Shown here piece after piece: positions 29,201-38,643 of a stretch of 64,000 bases of DNA. The notes below the pieces were generated by a model. It did not search any database. It saw nothing but the letters and a program-made list of their open reading frames with translations, and was not told where the DNA came from. Source of the stretch: Spirochaetia bacterium (GTDB lineage: Bacteria > Spirochaetota > Spirochaetia > SZUA-6 > Bin103). The stretch's first letter is position 1. Each line of letters opens with the position of its first letter. The DNA lies in contig CBDBDQ010000005.1 in the NCBI GenBank assembly GCA_965203905.1, positions 2,752,001-2,816,000 of the forward strand. The letters run 5' to 3'. Position numbers and translations under genes: made by a program.

Positions 29201-31504
29201 GCGGCACAGCCGCTCGTCGACCGCGCGCTCTTGTGGATGCACGAGCAGGAGGTCATCACGCTCAACCGCGGTCTCACGGTGTTCCGGCCGGCCATGACCT
29301 TGAAGGTCACGAGAGATGGAAGAACCTTCACGGTGGCGGACTTCAAGCCCCTGCAGCAACACTATGCCGAGCAGACCGCGCAGATCCACGTCGTTGCCGA
29401 ATATGCACGGCTCGGCGTGGCCGACATCCATCTGGCGCTGCGCCTCGCGGCCGATTACTTCCGCCTCGCCAACAACGAGTTCGTCGACAAGTGGTTCAAG
29501 GGAAAGGAGACGGCGCTGCGCCGAGACACCCTCCCGGAGCACTACGAGCAGATTGTCAGGAAGCTCGGCAATCGGACCCAGGAGCAAATCGTCGCCGACG
29601 ACCGCGAGCGCACCAATGTGCTTGTGCTCGCGGGACCGGGATCGGGCAAGACCCGGGTGCTGGTGCATCGCATCGCCTACCTCATCCGCGTGCGTCGCGA
29701 GAATCCGGGAACCATTCTGGCACTGACGTACAACCGCCACGCGGCGGTGGAGGCGCGGCGGCGCCTCGACGAGCTGATCGGAAGCGACGCCCGAGGCGTC
29801 AACGTCATGACGTGCCACGCGCTCGCGATGCGCATTCTCGGCATCTCCTTCGCCGAGGCCGCTGCGAATCCAGGCGCTCAGACATTCGACAAGATCATGC
29901 GCGACGCCACTCGCCTGCTCCGGAGCGACGGGACGGCCGCGTTCGTCACCCGTGAGCAGATGCTCGGGCGCCTCAACTGGATTCTGGTCGACGAGTATCA
30001 GGACATCGGTGAGCCCGAGTACGAGCTCATCTCGGCGCTCGCCGGAAAGACGCTGGCCGAAGACGACGCAAGACTGAACCTGTTTGCGGTCGGCGACGAC
30101 GACCAGAACATCTACGCCTGGAAGGGCGCATCGGTGCGCTACATTCGCCGCTTCGCCCAGGACTATCGCGCGAAGGAGGAGTACCTCGTCGAGAACTACC
30201 GTTCGAGCGGTTTCATCATCGATGCGGCGAACCGGTGCATCGAAGGCGCGCCAGAGCGTCTCAAACGCGACCACGGGCTGCGAATCGATACCTGTCGGGG
30301 TGCCGATCCGCCAGGCGGACCGTGGACCAACCGCGACAGCCTCGCCAAGGGCAGAGTCCAGATCCTTCGCCTCAGCGGCGGCCAGCTTTCCCAGGCCGTG
30401 GCCGCGGTCGAGGAACTCCAGCGGCTCTCCAAGCTCGACCCGGGCTGGCAGTGGAACCGTTGCGCGATCATCGCCAGAAATTGGGCGGACCTCGACCCGG
30501 TAAGAAGCGCCTGCATGGTTCACCGAATTCCGGCGCAGAGCGCCCGCGAGGAGCTCTCATCGTTCTGGCGTGCCCGTGTGACACAGAGGTTTCTCACCAC
30601 GCTGGAAGCTAGCGGGTCGACTACCATCGAGACCGCGAAGATCCAGCGCTACCGCACGGACCTGCCTGGAGATCAGTGGGCCGCACTCCTGGCTCAGGCG
30701 CTCGATGAGCTGATGCTTGAGGAGAGCCACACGGCGGTTCTGCCAACCGCGTTCGTGCGTAACTGGCTCGGCGAGTGGAGCAGGGAAGTTCGGCGCCGAC
30801 AACGGGGGCTGCTTCTTACCAGCGCGCACCGGGCAAAGGGCCTGGAGTTCGATCACGTAGTCATTCTCGACGGTCGCTGGAGGTGTACGAGCGATTCAGA
30901 GGATTCGGAGGCCCCTCGCCGCCTGTACTATGTCTCGATGACGCGTGCGCGGGAGACGCTCTCGCTGATCAGCCTGGAGGATGGAGACCGCCGAGGTTCG
31001 CGGGACAATTTACTTCCGGCCGGTCGGGACGAACGTGCCAGCGCCCTGCTTCGGCAGATCGGGGGCGCCCCTTCGGTACTGGAACGCCAAGCCCCAAGTC
31101 CCGAAATTGACGATCCCCGGTTGGACGTGAGGGTCGCAGAATGCACCATGAAGGACGTCGTGCTGTCATTCGCCGGTTGGAAAACGGTGAACGGCAAGGC
31201 ACTCCGCGCCATTGCGCGACTCGAGCCCGGCGCCCCTTTGTCCCTGGCGCGCGAGAACGGACACTGGGAGATTCTCGACCACATCGGAGACCGGGTCGGC
31301 CGCATGGCGCGCAAGTGGTCCCCGCCCCCCGGCATGGCCATCGAGCGAGCGGTCGTGCAGGGCATCTTCACCCGATGGGCACGAGACGAGGCGGATGAAG
31401 AACGCAGGCGGAGGCTTCGCTGCGAAACGTGGGAAGTCGTCGTGCCGAAGCTCCAGCTATCACGCAGACGACTACCGGCCACCGATGGGCCGCGACAAGA
31501 CTGA
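26240..31504 (+). CDS. Exonuclease-RecQ-UvrD triple fusion helicase (1754 aa)
   Basis: IDLE/GHNI/IDTL (DEDD-like), CxxxxCxxC, PTGTGKS+DEAH+QEAGRAGRDG (RecQ), GPGSGKT+DEYQD+HRAKGLEF (UvrD). Confidence 0.92.
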   Translation: MLRPNPAVERWRDGERVGPRLAAHQLAGLLSIDLEGSENIHAIGAIRTDRSTTFTWRGDSNGLPAALAALEEFSEGASYLVGHNIIEHDLELLAKHASRLELLHLAAIDTLYLSPLAFPENPYHHLVKQYQEPALARAQVNDPLLDAELTLELFADIADALKSADEDLLLAWHALLSAGVKGHAFDHVFRTVRAAEATPSVADAIPAIMDRLRERGCANQAAHIANAAPSHPLALTYLLAWLPAAGGNSIIPPYVEKRFGPGTLATKLRDTRCGDRNCSWCAEHLDPEKALQRWFGFEAFRDRPQSRDGESLQRSITEKHLARAQVLGILPTGTGKSLCYQLPALMRYAATGALTVVISPLVALMADQVTAMRRQGVVCATTINGLISMPERAEALAHIRLGDAGIVLVAPEQLRNRSFRKAIAGRRIGAWVVDEAHCLSKWGHDFRPDYRYVARYIAEHHGEDSAPILCLTATAKHDVVADIVQHFERTLQSRLEVVDGGAERTNLEFVVMPTSASQRIEHIHRALEDALERERSGGAIVYCTTRRSTEETAQALAARGLVAQHFHSGLSPERKREIQRGFHDGDIDVVVATNAFGMGIDKPTVRAVVHAEIPGSLESYLQEAGRAGRDGAPAHCLLLFEPDDTERQFSLTAGSRLERRDIQAVLRAIRRLDARRRRHHADTEDAVVATSGEILLQDDDGEFSRDSVTDDDRVRTAIAWLEESRLARRDENHTSVFPSSLRLPSLAAARERIEREGNRRNIRSDVRAQMLRVVQTLAHADPDTGVSTDELMNECGCSLQQLRKIFSTLEQIGVASNDMRITVYVHVGVGNASTRRLALAQELEQALIAELREEAPDQEVDTWTLLALRLLAQRLRQKEISNPLPERLVRLLRSISSDGRDEPDAKRSIEIRARDMETIGVRLRRNWAGIERIARLRRDGAARLLEHLIGKVPENVRGVDLLVETTYGALEQAIKADLVLRSQLKNQAAQPLVDRALLWMHEQEVITLNRGLTVFRPAMTLKVTRDGRTFTVADFKPLQQHYAEQTAQIHVVAEYARLGVADIHLALRLAADYFRLANNEFVDKWFKGKETALRRDTLPEHYEQIVRKLGNRTQEQIVADDRERTNVLVLAGPGSGKTRVLVHRIAYLIRVRRENPGTILALTYNRHAAVEARRRLDELIGSDARGVNVMTCHALAMRILGISFAEAAANPGAQTFDKIMRDATRLLRSDGTAAFVTREQMLGRLNWILVDEYQDIGEPEYELISALAGKTLAEDDARLNLFAVGDDDQNIYAWKGASVRYIRRFAQDYRAKEEYLVENYRSSGFIIDAANRCIEGAPERLKRDHGLRIDTCRGADPPGGPWTNRDSLAKGRVQILRLSGGQLSQAVAAVEELQRLSKLDPGWQWNRCAIIARNWADLDPVRSACMVHRIPAQSAREELSSFWRARVTQRFLTTLEASGSTTIETAKIQRYRTDLPGDQWAALLAQALDELMLEESHTAVLPTAFVRNWLGEWSREVRRRQRGLLLTSAHRAKGLEFDHVVILDGRWRCTSDSEDSEAPRRLYYVSMTRARETLSLISLEDGDRRGSRDNLLPAGRDERASALLRQIGGAPSVLERQAPSPEIDDPRLDVRVAECTMKDVVLSFAGWKTVNGKALRAIARLEPGAPLSLARENGHWEILDHIGDRVGRMARKWSPPPGMAIERAVVQGIFTRWARDEADEERRRRLRCETWEVVVPKLQLSRRRLPATDGPRQD

Positions 31505-31527
31505 ATCATGTCGCGCCGCCGTCCTGT

Positions 31528-31650
31528 TCACGCGCGCAGGCACGGCACGTCGTAGTTGGGGATCGTCGCGTCGCGCGTGACGATGGTGAGACCCTCCAGG
31601 CGTGCCTGCGCGACCTGGATGCGGTCGAAGGGATCGGCGTGGATCAGAAG
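31528..31650 (-). pseudogene. VapC/PIN toxin C-terminal remnant
   Basis: HADPFDRIQVAQARLEGLTIVTRDATIPNYDVPCLRA*. Confidence 0.85.
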
Positions 31651-31745
31651 GGCCACGGTGATTGGTTCTCGGCTGCGGCCTGGCCGCGGCCTCGGCGGCC
31701 TCGGCTCGGCTTGTCACCGGTAATTCAGGTCGCCTAAGGTACGGT

Positions 31746-32918
31746 GTGAAAGTACTCAGCATTGAGACCCGCCACTGCGACGCGGGCTGGCGCAACTACC
31801 ACTTCGTGAAGCTCACCACCGAAGACGGCATCGTGGGCTGGAGCGAGTACGACGAGCACCAGGGTGCCACCGGCGTCACCAGCGTGGTGGAGCGCATGGC
31901 TCCGTCGGTGGTGGGCGAGCGCGTGCTGGACACCGAACTGGTGTTCGCGAGGCTGCATGCGCTGGCGCGCCAGTCGATGTCCGGCGTGATGGCGATGGGG
32001 ATCGGGGCGATCGAGAACGCCCTGCTCGACGCCAAGGCCAAGCTGCTCGGGGTGCCGTGCTGCGAGCTGCTCGGCGGCCGGGTGCGCGACCGCATCCGGG
32101 TGTACTGGTCGCATTGCGGTACCTGGCGCATCGCCCACCCCGGCATGCACGGTCCCGTGGTCTCCGGCCTGGACGATATCCGGGCGCTGGGAGCGGAGGT
32201 GCGGGAGGCGGGCTTCAGCGCGCTCAAGACCAACATCTTCGACTACCGCGGGGAGCGGGTGACCGGCTGGGCGCCCGGATTCGGACGCCCGTTTCAGCCC
32301 GACCAGAACGTGGAGCGGCACGTCATACGCCAGCTCCGCGCCCACCTGGAGGCGTTTCGCGACGGCGCCGGCCCGGACGTGGACATCCTGGTCGACCTCA
32401 ACTACAACGCCAGGCCGGAAGGATACCTGCGTATCCTGCGGGCGCTGGCCGATCTGGACATCTTCTGGTTCGAGATCGATTCGCCGCACCCGGAGGCGCT
32501 GGCGGACGTACGGCGCGGCAGCCCGCATGCGATCGCCTCGTGCGAGTCGATCATCACCCCTACCGCGTATCTGCCGTTCTTCCGGCGGCAGGCGATGGAC
32601 GTGGCGATCATCGACGCGGTGTGGAACGGCGCTTGGCAGTCGCTGAAGATCGCGGCGCTCGCCGACGCCCACCAGGTGAACGTCGCGCCGCACAACTACT
32701 ACGGCCACCTGGCGACGATGATCGGCGCCCACCTGAGCGCGGCGGTGACCAACCTGCGCATCATGGAGACCGACGTCGACCGCGGGCCGTGGGACGGCGA
32801 GCTGTTCTCCACGGCGCCGGAGATCCGCGACGGGCACTTGCACCTGCCCGACACTCCCGGCTGGGGCACCGAGCCGGACGAGGCAGCGCTCGCCCGCCAC
32901 CCGCCCAAGGACCATTGA
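31746..32918 (+). CDS. Mandelate racemase/galactonate dehydratase-like enolase-superfamily enzyme
   Basis: FVKLTTEDG, AIENALLDAKAK, KTN, VDLN, APHNYYGH; TTGTCA-N18-TAAGGT just upstream. Confidence 0.9.
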   Translation: MKVLSIETRHCDAGWRNYHFVKLTTEDGIVGWSEYDEHQGATGVTSVVERMAPSVVGERVLDTELVFARLHALARQSMSGVMAMGIGAIENALLDAKAKLLGVPCCELLGGRVRDRIRVYWSHCGTWRIAHPGMHGPVVSGLDDIRALGAEVREAGFSALKTNIFDYRGERVTGWAPGFGRPFQPDQNVERHVIRQLRAHLEAFRDGAGPDVDILVDLNYNARPEGYLRILRALADLDIFWFEIDSPHPEALADVRRGSPHAIASCESIITPTAYLPFFRRQAMDVAIIDAVWNGAWQSLKIAALADAHQVNVAPHNYYGHLATMIGAHLSAAVTNLRIMETDVDRGPWDGELFSTAPEIRDGHLHLPDTPGWGTEPDEAALARHPPKDH

Positions 32919-32941
32919 CGCCATCCGCGGCGGGCGCAGGA

Positions 32942-33949
32942 ATGAGCGGCCTGGAGATCTGTCTGCCGGCGCCGAACAGGGTGGAGCTGCGCGGCTACCA
33001 GGACCCGCCGCTCGGCAGCGGGGAGGTGCGCGGGCGTACAGTGGCCTCGATCGACAGTCCCGGCACGGTGCTGGCGGTCTGGGACGGTGCCGTGCCGGAG
33101 GCGTTTCCTGCGCATCCGGGACACGCTGCCGTGTTCGAGGTGGATGAGGTGGGCTCCGAGGTGACCGGAATCGCCGCCGGCGACCGGCTGTTCTGCCAGG
33201 GCGCCAACCGCTCCACGCAGCGGTACGACCCGCACCTGACCGTTCCGGTGCCCGCCGGCCTCGATCCGGTCACCGCGGTGCTGGCGCGGTTGATGGGGGT
33301 GTCGATGACCACCCTGATGACCACCGCCGCCCGGCCCGGCGACCTGGTCGCCGTCACCGGACTGGGGCCGGTCGGCTACCTGGCGGCGCACCTGTTCCGC
33401 CTTGCCAACTACGAGGTGATCGCCGTCGACCCGGATGCGCGGCGGCGCCGGTGGGCGGCTGTGTCCGGCATCGCGCGCGTGTACGAGCGGCTGCCGCACG
33501 ACGACCCGCACGTCGCAGAACGGGTCGACCTGGTGGTCGAGTGCTCCGGCAACGAGGGGGCGGTGGCGGATGCCTGCAAGGTGCTGGCGACGGGGGCCGA
33601 GGTGGTGCTGGTCGGGACGCCGTGGGTGCGCAAGACCGAGGTCTACGCCCAGGAGATCCTCAGGGCGGTGTTCTTCCGCATGGCGACGTTGCGCAGCGGC
33701 TGGGAATACGAGATCCCCCTGCGGCGGCTGCCGTTCACCAACCGTGGCCACGACCGTGACTACGGCAATGCCCGCCACACCATCCTCTCCGGTTACCGCA
33801 AGGCGCTCGCCTGGCTTGCGGCCGGCCGGATCCCGCTGGACGGCATGGTGCGCACGGTCTCGCCGCGCGACGCCGCCGCCGTCTACCCCGGCCTGCAGCG
33901 CCGAGAGTACGAAGAGCTGTTCCTGGTCTGGGACTGGACCTCGCGGTAA
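32942..33949 (+). CDS. MDR-family zinc-binding dehydrogenase-like protein
   Basis: SPGT, GHAAV, GLGPVG Rossmann motif, VECSG. Confidence 0.8.
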   Translation: MSGLEICLPAPNRVELRGYQDPPLGSGEVRGRTVASIDSPGTVLAVWDGAVPEAFPAHPGHAAVFEVDEVGSEVTGIAAGDRLFCQGANRSTQRYDPHLTVPVPAGLDPVTAVLARLMGVSMTTLMTTAARPGDLVAVTGLGPVGYLAAHLFRLANYEVIAVDPDARRRRWAAVSGIARVYERLPHDDPHVAERVDLVVECSGNEGAVADACKVLATGAEVVLVGTPWVRKTEVYAQEILRAVFFRMATLRSGWEYEIPLRRLPFTNRGHDRDYGNARHTILSGYRKALAWLAAGRIPLDGMVRTVSPRDAAAVYPGLQRREYEELFLVWDWTSR

Positions 33950-33968
33950 GCGGGGGTAGCCTACGCGG

Positions 33969-35408
33969 TCAGGCGGGCAATCCGGGGTCTCCCAGGAGCG
34001 CGCACGTTTCCTCGCCCAGGTCCAGGGCATGTCCGAACGGTGCGGCCAGGGCGCTCCGGGTGGATAGCGAGCCGGCGGCGATCCGTAGCGCGGCGTAGCC
34101 TTGCGGGCGCATGGCGTAGAGGTCCGGGTGGGCGGCGCATACCCGCGCCTGCAGCGACCGGGGGAACATGCCGAGTCCGGCGAAGTAGTGGTGGCCGTTG
34201 CGCTCCACGTCGCCGATGCCCAGCACCGCCATCGCCGCCAGGTCGTTGAGCAGGGCGACCGGGCCGACGTTGGCGAGATCCTCGCCGCTCATGAGCCACG
34301 GTCCCGCCTGCGGCCGGTTGCGCCGGTACCACTCGATGAGACAGCGGTTCGCCAGTCCCTTGATCACGCCCTTGCAGTTCTTGTGGCTGCTGCCCCGATA
34401 GCCCAGCTCCAGCGCCCGGCGCAGCGAATCCAGCTCGCCGTCCGACTCGTCGATGATCATCGGCGGCGCTTCCGGCCAGGACGCGAGCGCCTGCCCGACC
34501 GCGTCGGTCAGAGCGGCCCCCCGGTGCAGCGGCTGCTCCACGTACCGCAGGCGCCGCTCGAACAGCGCCCGCAGCGCCGGATCGGCGCGGTACGCCTCCC
34601 AGTGCTCGCGGAAGGCGGCCACGTCGCCATACTGCTCGTTGCCGTCGAGCGTGAAGCGATATCGGGGAGAGGACGCTTCCAGCACCTCGGCTACCGCCCG
34701 CAGCCGGGGAACGTCGCTCTCCAGGTTGCCGGACACTTTTATCTTGAATCGGGTCAGCCCGTACTCCCGAGCGGCGTCGGCGAGGGCGTGCGGGAGTCCG
34801 TCGGCGACGCGCTCCTCCGCGGGTACCTGGTGCGCGAGCAGGGGATCTCCCAGACCGACGGTGTGCCGGGCGACGACCGCGCGATGCGGCTGCGGCAGCC
34901 AGTCGGCCGGCAGGCTCCCCTGCAACTCCGGGTGGATCTCCCCCAGCTCGACCCCGAGGAGATTGTCGTGCACCGCCTGCGCGAACGTGGTCCCGCCGCC
35001 GCGGCAGAAGGCGTCGAGCGCCGCCCGTTCCACCAGGCTGGTCCCGAGGTGGGCCAGGAGCGGGGGAATCTGCTGACGGCAGGCCCAATCGGCCTGCTCC
35101 GCGTGCAGCCGGCGCCAGAGGGCGAACACCGAGTCGGGGGCGCGCCCGATGGCCAGCTCGGCGGCATGCCGGATAACGCGCACCATGACCGGGAGGTCTT
35201 CCTCGAAACGCGTGTGCGGGTCCTTGGTGAACCACTTCGGCGGCAATCCCTCGGACGCGAGACCGGCGCAGGCTGCGCCGTCGACCGATCCATGGAGCAG
35301 AACGAATACGTGTGGCAGCTCGGTCATGGACGCGATCCCGTAGCGGAACGGAAAGCGGGTGCGCATCCACCGGGTGCGAAAGGAAATCGAATCGATTCTG
35401 AACGACAT
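33969..35408 (-). CDS. Enolase-superfamily protein of unknown specificity
   Basis: FKIK, LDGNEQY, VEQP, IDES; coding-like codon use. Confidence 0.75.
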   Translation of the reverse strand: MSFRIDSISFRTRWMRTRFPFRYGIASMTELPHVFVLLHGSVDGAACAGLASEGLPPKWFTKDPHTRFEEDLPVMVRVIRHAAELAIGRAPDSVFALWRRLHAEQADWACRQQIPPLLAHLGTSLVERAALDAFCRGGGTTFAQAVHDNLLGVELGEIHPELQGSLPADWLPQPHRAVVARHTVGLGDPLLAHQVPAEERVADGLPHALADAAREYGLTRFKIKVSGNLESDVPRLRAVAEVLEASSPRYRFTLDGNEQYGDVAAFREHWEAYRADPALRALFERRLRYVEQPLHRGAALTDAVGQALASWPEAPPMIIDESDGELDSLRRALELGYRGSSHKNCKGVIKGLANRCLIEWYRRNRPQAGPWLMSGEDLANVGPVALLNDLAAMAVLGIGDVERNGHHYFAGLGMFPRSLQARVCAAHPDLYAMRPQGYAALRIAAGSLSTRSALAAPFGHALDLGEETCALLGDPGLPA

Positions 35409-35445
35409 CGCCGGACGTCCGGGAGCGCGCTTCGCGGTGGCCGTA

Positions 35446-36315
35446 TCAGCGGCCGGAATAGCCGGCGTACAGGGCCTCGATCTCGTCCGTGGTCGGTTCC
35501 CGGTCGAGGATGGCGAAGCCGTAGCGCAGGTGCAGCGGCCGCTCCCGGTCCACCTCCAGGTCGCCGGCCATCAGCAGGCCCGCACCGAGCAGGTTCACGC
35601 GGGTGAACCAGGTCACCGGGTGGCGCGGATTGTGCGGGTGGTCGAGCATCACCACGGCGCCGCCGCCGGCCCCCGCCGCGCTCACCCAGCGCGCGCGCTG
35701 CCCCATGATGTTCTCGTGGCCGAGGAGCCCTTCACTGCTGCGGTGCCGGGCGGGGGCGAACGGCGGCCCCATGCGCAACTCCAGGCCGCTGTAGCGCGCC
35801 GCCCTGGACGCCCCCAGGACCAGCTTTTCGTCCACCGGTGCGATGCGGGTGTCGATGGTCCACAGGTACCCCGCCTCGTTCTCCAGCACGCCGAAGGCAT
35901 ACTCCCGCCGCTCTCTGGCGATGGGCCGGTCGCCGCCGTCCAGCCACTCCAGTTCCTCGGCGACCGAGACGCCACCTCCGTCAACCTTCTGGTCGGCGAA
36001 GCGTACGTGGCGCTGGACGCCGTGGCTGTGCGCCACGTATTCATACTTGCCCTGCTCCGTGTCGTACCAGGGACCGCCCCACAGGTTGGCGTCGTTGGCG
36101 TGGACCCAGCCGAAGTAGAGCCCGGTGTGCCAGAGGTGATCCGCCGGCCGGTACTCCGTGATCAGCACCCCCGAGCGGGTGTGGATCGGGGCGAAACACG
36201 GCTTGGGCGACTCGCTTCGCGCCAGCTCCTCCCGCGCCCGGTACAACGCCACCAGGCGTTCGCCGTGGTGCAACTCGAAACCGAGACAGTTCTCTCGCAA
36301 TCTCAGATCAGGCAT
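35446..36315 (-). CDS. DUF6807/PmoA-like carbohydrate-associated protein
   Basis: KPCFAPI, DHLWHTGL, DHPHNPRHP. Confidence 0.75.
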   Translation of the reverse strand: MPDLRLRENCLGFELHHGERLVALYRAREELARSESPKPCFAPIHTRSGVLITEYRPADHLWHTGLYFGWVHANDANLWGGPWYDTEQGKYEYVAHSHGVQRHVRFADQKVDGGGVSVAEELEWLDGGDRPIARERREYAFGVLENEAGYLWTIDTRIAPVDEKLVLGASRAARYSGLELRMGPPFAPARHRSSEGLLGHENIMGQRARWVSAAGAGGGAVVMLDHPHNPRHPVTWFTRVNLLGAGLLMAGDLEVDRERPLHLRYGFAILDREPTTDEIEALYAGYSGR

Positions 36316-36467
36316 GGCTCTCCAGAGCAGCGCGGCAGGCGCTGTAGCGTACGCGCCGACTGTAGCCGATTTGGCGCCTGCCGGACATCTGCACCCTGGG
36401 ACGGGACATGCTCTCCGCGGGCGGCCGCCGCGGCCGGACCGGTCCGACATCTGATACGATATCCGCC

Positions 36468-37112
36468 ATGAGCAGCTCGTCCGATACTCCCATCAGCACC
36501 GCCGTGGTAACCGGCGGCCACTTCTACGAGGTGGTGGATTTTCACCGGCTGTTTCGCGCGCTCGACGGCGTCGATGCGTACATCCAGCACCTGGACGACT
36601 TCGTGCAGTCGCCGGCGTCGATGCGTGACGGCTACGAGGTGGTGCTGTTCTTCACCATGCTGCTGGAAGGCCCGCAAGGCGAGCACCTGGAGGCACTCGA
36701 ACGGGTCCGCACGGCGCGCCAGGGCGTGGTGGTGCTGCATCACTCGATTCTGGCGTTTCCCTATTCCCCGTTCTGGCGCCGCTGGACCGATCTGCACAAC
36801 CTCAGCCACTCCGTCGATCCCCCCGAACCGATCACGACCGAGATTGCCGACCGGGGCCATCCGATCACCTCCGGACTCGCGGACTGGGAGATGGTCGACG
36901 AGGTCTACCGGATGGGCGGGCCAAGCGCCGACAGCCACATCCTGCTGGCTGCCCGCCATCCCCACAGCATGCGCGCGCTGGCGTGGGCGCGCGAGGTCGA
37001 CGGTCAGCGGGTGGTGTGCTATCAGGCGGGCCACGATCATCAGGCCTGGAACCACCCAGGCTACCGCACCATGCTTGAGCGTTCGATCCGGTGGTGCGCC
37101 GGCCGCATATGA
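36468..37112 (+). CDS. ThuA-domain protein
   Basis: VTGGH, VVLHH, HPITSGL..W...DEVY, GHD; TACGAT 7 nt before the ATG. Confidence 0.85.
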   Translation: MSSSSDTPISTAVVTGGHFYEVVDFHRLFRALDGVDAYIQHLDDFVQSPASMRDGYEVVLFFTMLLEGPQGEHLEALERVRTARQGVVVLHHSILAFPYSPFWRRWTDLHNLSHSVDPPEPITTEIADRGHPITSGLADWEMVDEVYRMGGPSADSHILLAARHPHSMRALAWAREVDGQRVVCYQAGHDHQAWNHPGYRTMLERSIRWCAGRI

Positions 37113-38614
37113 GTGCCATGGATCGCCCCAACATCCTTCTGATACTCGCCGACGATCTGGGCTACGGCGATATCGCGTGCTACAACGCCGAGTCGAAAGT
37201 GCCGACACCTAACATCGACCGGCTCGCGGCGGAGGGCATGAGCTTCACCGACGCCCACAGTCCCGCCACCGTGTGCACCCCCAGCCGCTACAGCATCCTG
37301 ACCGGCCGCATGGAGTTCAGGACCGGGGTTCCCGGCGTGTTCACCGGTGCCGGCGGTCCCTGCCTGATCGAAGAGTCGCGCCCGACGCTTCCCGGAATGC
37401 TGCGCGAGCTGGGCTACTCCACCGCGCTGTATGGGAAGTGGCACGTCGGTCTGAGCTTCCTGGACCGCGACGGCCGCCCGATCAACGAAAACGGCTTCGA
37501 GCCGGTGGAGCGCATCGACTACACGCGTGCGATTCCGGATGCGCCGATCCACCGCGGGTTCGACCACTTCTACGGCACCGCCTGCTGCCCCACCACCGAC
37601 TTCCTGTATGCGTTCATCGACGGCGACCGGATCCCGGTGCCGCCGACCCGGCTGCACGACCGGGCCGGCTTCCCGGACCATCCCTACGCCAAGGACAACC
37701 GCATCGGCTGGCTGGCCCCGGGCTTCGACTTCGCCGAGATGGACATGGTGTTCCTGGAGCGCAGCGTCCAGTTTCTGGAGCGGCACGCGGCGGAGTCCCC
37801 GGACCGGCCCTTCTTCCTGTTTCATTCCACCCAGGGCGTGCACCTGCCTTCGCTGCCCGGCAAGGCGTTCCAGGGCCGGACCGGCGCCGGCCCGCACGGC
37901 GACTTCATCTTCGAGTTCGACCACGTGGTCGGCGAGCTGCTCGCCACACTCGACCGGCTGGGGCTGGCCGAGAACACGCTGGTGATGGTGACCAGCGACA
38001 ACGGACCGGAAGTCACCAGCGTCGTGAACATGCGCCGGGACCACGATCACGACGGGGCGCGGCCGTGGCGCGGCATGAAGCGTGACCAGTGGGAGGGAGG
38101 GCACCGCGTGCCGTTCGTGGTGCGCTGGCCGCGCCGGATCGAGGCGGGGAGCAGCAGTGACCAGACGGTCTGCCTGTGCGACCTGATGGCGACCTGTGCG
38201 GCGATCACCGGGGTCGATCTGCCCGACGCCTCCGCCGAGGACAGCTACGACATCCTGCCGGCCATGCTCGGCGAGACCCCGGCAGGCGAGGCGGTGCGCG
38301 CGCATACCCTGCACCAGAGTTTCCTGAGCAACACCGGCAGCGGCGACGGGCCCAGCCTCTACCTGTCGATCCGGCGCGGCAAGTGGAAGTACCTGGACCA
38401 CCGTGGATCAGGCGGCAACGACTACACGAGGGCGGAACTCAGGCCGTATGTCCTGCCCGAGAAAGCGCCCGACGCCCCCGGCCAGCTCTACGACCTGGAG
38501 ACCGACCCGGGCGAGACCACCAATCTCTACTTCGAGCATCCCCAGGTCGTCAGAGAACTGAAAGCCGTCCTGGACCGGTTCGTCGAATCGGGACGCAGCG
38601 CGCCCCTGCGCTGA
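37109..38614 (+). CDS. Arylsulfatase (Cys-type, formylglycine-dependent), cytoplasmic
   Basis: PNILLILADDLGYGD, CTPSR..LTG, GKWH, SDNG. Confidence 0.95.
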   Translation: MSAMDRPNILLILADDLGYGDIACYNAESKVPTPNIDRLAAEGMSFTDAHSPATVCTPSRYSILTGRMEFRTGVPGVFTGAGGPCLIEESRPTLPGMLRELGYSTALYGKWHVGLSFLDRDGRPINENGFEPVERIDYTRAIPDAPIHRGFDHFYGTACCPTTDFLYAFIDGDRIPVPPTRLHDRAGFPDHPYAKDNRIGWLAPGFDFAEMDMVFLERSVQFLERHAAESPDRPFFLFHSTQGVHLPSLPGKAFQGRTGAGPHGDFIFEFDHVVGELLATLDRLGLAENTLVMVTSDNGPEVTSVVNMRRDHDHDGARPWRGMKRDQWEGGHRVPFVVRWPRRIEAGSSSDQTVCLCDLMATCAAITGVDLPDASAEDSYDILPAMLGETPAGEAVRAHTLHQSFLSNTGSGDGPSLYLSIRRGKWKYLDHRGSGGNDYTRAELRPYVLPEKAPDAPGQLYDLETDPGETTNLYFEHPQVVRELKAVLDRFVESGRSAPLR

Positions 38615-38643
38615 GATGACCGCGGGAGTCAGGTCGCGGTCGG

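Noticed and set aside
35446-36315. Methane monooxygenase from the 'PmoA' family name
   Set aside because: A soluble protein without TM helices and without pmoB/C; the family name is misleading.
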